Positions 58,401 through 64,000 of a DNA stretch of 64,000 bases are shown here, in pieces. The DNA lies in assembly GCF_964204645.1 (NCBI RefSeq), contig NC_134029.1, positions 7,528,850-7,592,849 on the forward strand, read 5' to 3'. The position numbers and the translations under genes are program-made. How positions within the stretch are numbered: the stretch's first letter is position 1; every line of letters begins with the position of its first letter. This stretch comes from Tubulanus polymorphus (Eukaryota; Animalia; Nemertea). The notes below the pieces were generated by a model. That model had not been told where the DNA came from. It made no database searches and was given only the letters and a program-made list of their open reading frames with translations.

Positions 58401-61400
58401 ACAATTCTCAACAATTTGATTCACGTCCATCAAGAACTCCTCACGAGTATGGTACTTGCGATTCCGTATATTCTGTGGAATATAAAAGATAGTTGGCTGT
58501 TTTTTTCTCTTCAATCTCTAACCTTTTCGTTGTAAGGCAAACAGTCTATCCACCTAGCATTGATGACCAATTGGCAAACCGATAAAAACAAACCTCTCGT
58601 ATTTTCTGTAAATCCATCGGCTTTTTGACTAGTTTGTAATAATCGGGCACAGTCTTGATATTGACCGGAAACAAAAACGGTTGAGTGTCCGGCAAATCAC
58701 GCATTTCATTTAGTATACTCTCGAACACCGTCGATATCGTAACCAATGGATCCGCGCGACGTCTATGAGATTGCTTCTTAGGTTTCTGAAAATCATAATT
58801 TACCATGATTTATACGAATTTAAGATATATAGGTTATTCATTCTTCGCAATTATTGAAATCAACAAAATACGATTCAATTGACTCGGACATGTCTGTGAA
58901 ACTAGCCAAAGCAATGGAAGCCACTCGATCAAGTTGTTGGAGAATACATTCTATCAATACTTGAATTTCATCAGTCAGTTGGACAACAAAGATCTAATCC
59001 AGTGCAAAAATTTGGCAATTTTCTCCCGATGAACATGACGCTCAAAATCTCGACATATTATTTACCTTAAGATAATCACAATGCACAACAGTTCCGGCGC
59101 GTTGACGCCTTTTAGCACCCGTGGCAGCTTTCGGAAATTTGAGCACCAGAGATTTCTTCCGAATAGAATCAGCCCTGAAATCAACAAGCAATAAACAGAA
59201 CACTTATATGATCATAGTTCTACGCAAGACGAATTACCAACTATCACCATTTGCAATTTAGAAACCACAACAAATTCAGGTGGAAATAGGATATTCATAT
59301 AAACCTTTTTGACAATGTACAATGGCAAGTTGCACAGTCATGACTCAGATGTAAGCATAGTCTAAGACCATCTTAGATCTATACCTGATCTTACAACTTA
59401 AGACAAAAAAAGAGGAGTTAAAGGTTCCTCCCAAGGAAAATTATGACCTTGAAATCATCTTAGATCATATCTATCAAAATTAAGACTCGCAAGTTTCAAC
59501 AATCCACTAGAGATTTTCTTCATTCTAAAATTGTACATAGTGTGCATGTTCCGAGTCTTTCCACAAACCAACATCATTCAATTTTCTACTTACCTTTCGA
59601 CGAGATTTTTCGATAGTTTAATTTTTGTTCCCTCGACATTGATGAGATCGTCCTCGACGAGCATACACTTCTCTTCCTCTTCTTCTTGCTCTTCCGTCAT
59701 AGCAACCGGTTTCGAAATCGTCACCGGTGCTGCCCTCTGGTAGAGCGGACATTCCTTGTTCGTTCGCATGTGACCCACTTGTCCGCAAGCTCCACATTTC
59801 AACTGTCAGAGAGAACAAGTTAAAATACTTCATCTTTGGATTTATAGCACAACTGTTTTTTGGGATAATCAGGTCACATTGTCCGAGGTTTTTCAGTTGA
59901 TTGACCTCAAATAAAAACCAGACATCTGAATTTCAGTAATCACTTGAGATTTCTAGCAAGGGTCTTGCCATACATGAAGATAAAAGACAATCGGGGGATT
60001 TACCAACTTTGAGGGTCTGTTATGTAAATCGTTTGTGTTAGCCAACCACCATGGCCTCTGGTCAAGTTGAAAAAGCACATGGCCACAAGACTTCCATAGT
60101 TCTGTGCTGGTGCTCATACAAGACTATAGTAGTGGCACTGACTAAGAACTACGCATGCTCACAAGAATTGTAGCGATCAGCATTCAGTGATTGGGAGATA
60201 TTACCACAGAATGTGTTCGCTGGTATCCCAAGGATACTGTAGATTTATAATCCAAGGGAACACCATTCAGGGAAAATTGCAGTGTTTTGACCCAGCAACA
60301 GCTATACAGAAATACTAAGTACCTTCAACATAGGGGCATCTTTTTTCTTCTTCTTTTTCGGTGGTTCCATCGGGATAGGATTCAAAGCTCGTTCTTTCTC
60401 GCGTTCTTGGTTACGTTTGATTCGACGCAGTTGCTCTTGAATTCTAAAGAAAAGAAATGACAAGAGCACGGAGTTGAAAAATCAAAACTAAAAACTGCGA
60501 CAAAATCGAAATTTCGAATAGATTCCCACACGACTTACCGGCGACGTTCTTTTTTCATTTCTTCTTTTTGAGCTTCATCCAAAGTTGCGAACTGTTTACT
60601 ATAAAATACCACCGAATAAAACACAATTTCAATGCAGATCTAATTAGGGATGGGTATTACATACATGATAATGAAGCAATTCATTGATTGGGAATGAATG
60701 ACTCACATGAAAGTCGGATCTTTCGTCTGTCGTATTCGCACATACGTATCGATAACCTGGTTCTTCTTAACGCTCTCCGTGCGAGTATATTCTTTCCCGT
60801 CCTCGCTTTTGAACGTACGAACTATTCGCAACGTGCGTTTGGCCTGAAATCAATTTTCTCATCACATAAAATTGAGAACGTGTTTTTACAAAGATGGTAA
60901 GTTTGGAGTTTGGGATTAAAATTATCCCTTTATACTGTAAATCTCGATACTGTGAAATCTTCGATAAAGCTACAACAGAATCGCAACTATAACAAAATTC
61001 ATCTTTGAAAATAGTTTATTACAGCTTGATCAATTTTGCTGAGTCACTTCAGCCTCATCAGGTAGGTATAATGTGTGAAATGAACTATATACTGAGCTAT
61101 ATACAGAAGGTACAGTTATTTACCTAATTAACTTGTTCTCTCATGTATATATACCCCTGTTTCTAGTTAGTTCCTCACACCTGACGATGGTCTCTAGATA
61201 GACTCCCAAACATCTTGATCTTTTGGTTTAAATTTTTTTGATAACCGGTATAAAATTTGCTTTCAATCTTATAGATTTCAGTGTGGATCTTAAACTTATC
61301 ATGTACAGAAGGGCTGTGAAATCTTACCTGTGGTACACCGCTTGTATGTTCATCCTTCTTACTCTTTTTGTCGTCAGCGACATCTTCCTCGCCCATAAAC

Positions 61401-63706
61401 ATCTTCTGCAACTTGATTCTTTCGGCTTCTTCCCTTTCCATAATTATCTGCACGAAGGAAAAATCTTTAAATGAGGTGTGTACGAACAGTTTAAGTTAAA
61501 GATTACCATCGCATTTATCGGTATATGACGCCGAAGATTCGATAAGTTCTTTTCGGTCATACCTGTGTCGATGTCTTCTTATTCGACAGCATGTTCTCGA
61601 TATTTTTCCCCATCTCTTCGTAATCCGATTCGTTTTCCGAGCTGGATCCCTCGTCGGTGGACAGCAGCTCGACCGACGAGAGCACGCGATTTTGTAAATC
61701 GAATATTCGCTGACTTTCGTCTTTATATCGTTCTTGGTGTTCGGCGATCGAGAACCGGTTACCTCGAGCGAATTTACTCATACCTAAACAAACAAAATGC
61801 CGGCAATAGTTCATATTACAGGATCAGTACAAGTGTTCAATATAGATTTGATTATTATGTTTCTATATCAATTTTGTTTATGTTTTTCTCATTATTTTGA
61901 GCTAATTCTCTTTTTGTTTAGTGATTCTTTACTCATCATCTGATTGCAATTCTAAACGCTATGTTCACAATTCACCATCTTACTGATACAGTTGAACCCT
62001 GTTAATATGATTCTATTTTAGACGAAACCCGTTTATCACGATGATTTCCAGCATATCCCAGCTAACATACAGTATTTATATAAATCTATAAAGCTTTGGA
62101 TGATATGATGATACTTTTACCCATCAGAATAAACGAGGTTCCACTGTACTGGTTAAAATTCTATATAACATTGCATTCTTTTACTACACATAAAGATCTG
62201 ATAAATCTACATTTGTCTTGTTGTTAGCGTATGTACCAGTGCAGAGGATTATAGGAATAACAATTAGAGACCGGTATGGGTATTTCTATCAGTAATATAC
62301 GTACTTCCTTCTTGTCCAGCTTTAGCCTGTTCAGTAGACATTGTCCTCACCACGTCTATCACCTCCCAACGCGAAAGTTTCTTTATTTCCACATCGGGCA
62401 CGCCAAACTTCTTCAACAGCGCTTTTGCGTCTTTCAAATTCAACCGACGCAAATCGGCGTCAGTTCCCGTGACAGTTCGTTTGGCCGGTTCTTCCTCGAT
62501 TTTCTGTTGTTCTCGTTGCTGAAATTGATTCATCAAAAAGTATAGACATTTCCTACGTAGTACCATATACACCGGCTATCTCATTAACCCAATCCACTCC
62601 AATACAGTTCCTCATAGAAAATCATTACACTCATTATGACTACAAGGTAACTGGTAACAAGGTGTTGAATAAGGGGAATATCGCTAGAGTGATATATCTA
62701 CACTGAAGTGCGGCGTATTGTTAATTACTCATGTTTCAATATACTTAACAGGTGCTTCCATCTTTCAAAAGAGATAAAAAGTAATTACCAATAACATCAC
62801 CCCGATGCAGTGGACTAGCAAAGTACAAAACCAATTTATACATAATAATGAAACCAAAGCTTTTCAGCAAGATGATAATACTTACCTTCTGTTGTGAAGG
62901 TTTATTGGGAACCTTCACGTAAGAGAAGCCCTCTCCGGTACCGGTAGGATCCGCTACACCATTAAGAGCTAATAAACACTTTCCTTTCATGGCTGCGATG
63001 AATGCACGTGTAGTATTCCATGGCGCTGTGCGAACCTAACGGTAAATATTCAACACAATCAAAACTTAACATCAAATTGCAAGCAGCAGTCTAGACTGGC
63101 CAATACTTATTATGAGGAACTTTTCAAAAACTTGGCTGTTATTTCTATGCTAGCCACTCTTGTACGATAAATATGGTACCTACTATGAAATCAGCTCCCA
63201 CGCATGTCCCTTAAGCGTTTCTAAATTTTTGAATGAATGCCCTTTTTTAAGTTATAAATAGTTCTAACGGATAACACATTAAGGAATTTTGTCAAATAAA
63301 ACCCCAAAAATACAGATCTTCCTTTTCCCAAAATACTATGTTTAAAAAAATCTCAGCAAATGCTCGACTCCACAATTCGAATAAACATTGATTGACCAAC
63401 TAACCTCATCATCAATTTTCATCTGATTTTCATCATCATCGTCGTATTCAGGAGCAAACAATGATTTTTCCCCGTAGCCTGCGTCCTACACGAAGACAAA
63501 TACAGACAAAAGACAATGAGTACCGTACGCAAAATCTATGATGTAACTTCACGTTGAAATGCGCGAGCTAGAAACCTTCAAACGTTGCTCAGCTGCAAGC
63601 ATACTGTAATATCCGCAGCATTGTTCCGGCGATACCATGGCCCTCATTTCATCTTCCGTTGGCAGACGAAAGTCGGCCTTCAACACCCACCAATTAGAAT
63701 CCATTC
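55470..63706 (-). CDS. TAF1: Transcription initiation factor TFIID subunit 1, C-terminal part (5' exons lie beyond the window)
   Basis: 20 phase-consistent exons: 63706-63576, 63485-63405, 63035-62886, 62518-62305, 61783-61563, 61447-61328, 60843-60707, 60598-60539, 60443-60323, 59802-59594, 59174-59066, 58785-58594, 58472-58320, 58202-57990, 57447-57295, 56993-56867, 56779-56661, 56385-56308, 56174-56063, 55819-55470. Motifs: [45 protein letters not shown], zinc knuckle [18 protein letters not shown], two bromodomains, acidic tail. Confidence 0.97.
61989..62146. mobile_element. Tc1/mariner-like MITE in a TAF1 intron
   Basis: TA|CAGTTGAACCCTGTTAAT ... ATAAACGAGGTTCCACTG|TA. Confidence 0.65.
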
Positions 63707-64000
63707 CTAGATGAACAAAATGTAAGAAATATTCCGGTGATATTTGCTCGATATAAGCATAGAGGTCTGGGGCAAGTTTCTGAATGGTCACTAAATTATC
63801 CATAAGTGGTCTCAAATCTCATAAAGACTGGTTTAAAGCTGATATACATGTAGATTGAACCAATATTGTCTTAGACTGGGATTAAATCTAAGCCTTCACA
63901 GTAACTGACTCATGGTTGCTATTCAATAATCTGCAACTGCTGTAAAACCATTGATGTCGCATGAACTCAAATAAAGCGTTAACTACCAATATGAACAATG

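Noticed and set aside
61823-61940. Minus-strand ATGATGA...CTGA in a TAF1 intron as a C/D snoRNA
   Set aside because: Low-complexity A-rich interior, no rRNA-complementary guide that I can recognise, and no proper external stem.

Overview
Eukaryotic genomic DNA from an invertebrate animal (probably a lophotrochozoan or other bilaterian; the species cannot be determined from sequence alone). I can reconstruct five intron-containing genes exon by exon: TRAPPC2/sedlin (-, 769-1941, with a U12-type AT-AC intron), OCIAD1/asrij (+, 2467-6095), a USP35/USP38-family deubiquitinase (-, 8664-13958), ANKRD50 (+, 16751-41286, two large coding exons around a 20.3-kb intron) and the 3' part of TAF1 (-, 55470-63706, truncated by the window end). 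TRAPPC2/OCIAD1 and USP38/ANKRD50 are head-to-head pairs. Non-coding DNA is rich in short non-autonomous DNA transposons (Harbinger-, hAT- and Tc1-like MITEs), foldback hairpins and minisatellites. I see no autonomous transposase, RNA gene or CRISPR array. The most unusual signal is at the ANKRD50 stop: TAG-C is followed 10 nt later by a strong splice donor. Joining it to the strong acceptor at 47973 keeps the frame open for 32 more codons, ending in a second PDZ-binding motif (ETPL* -> VSFV*). This is a candidate splice-assembled stop-codon readthrough that would swap the PDZ ligand. It is a hypothesis and is untested.
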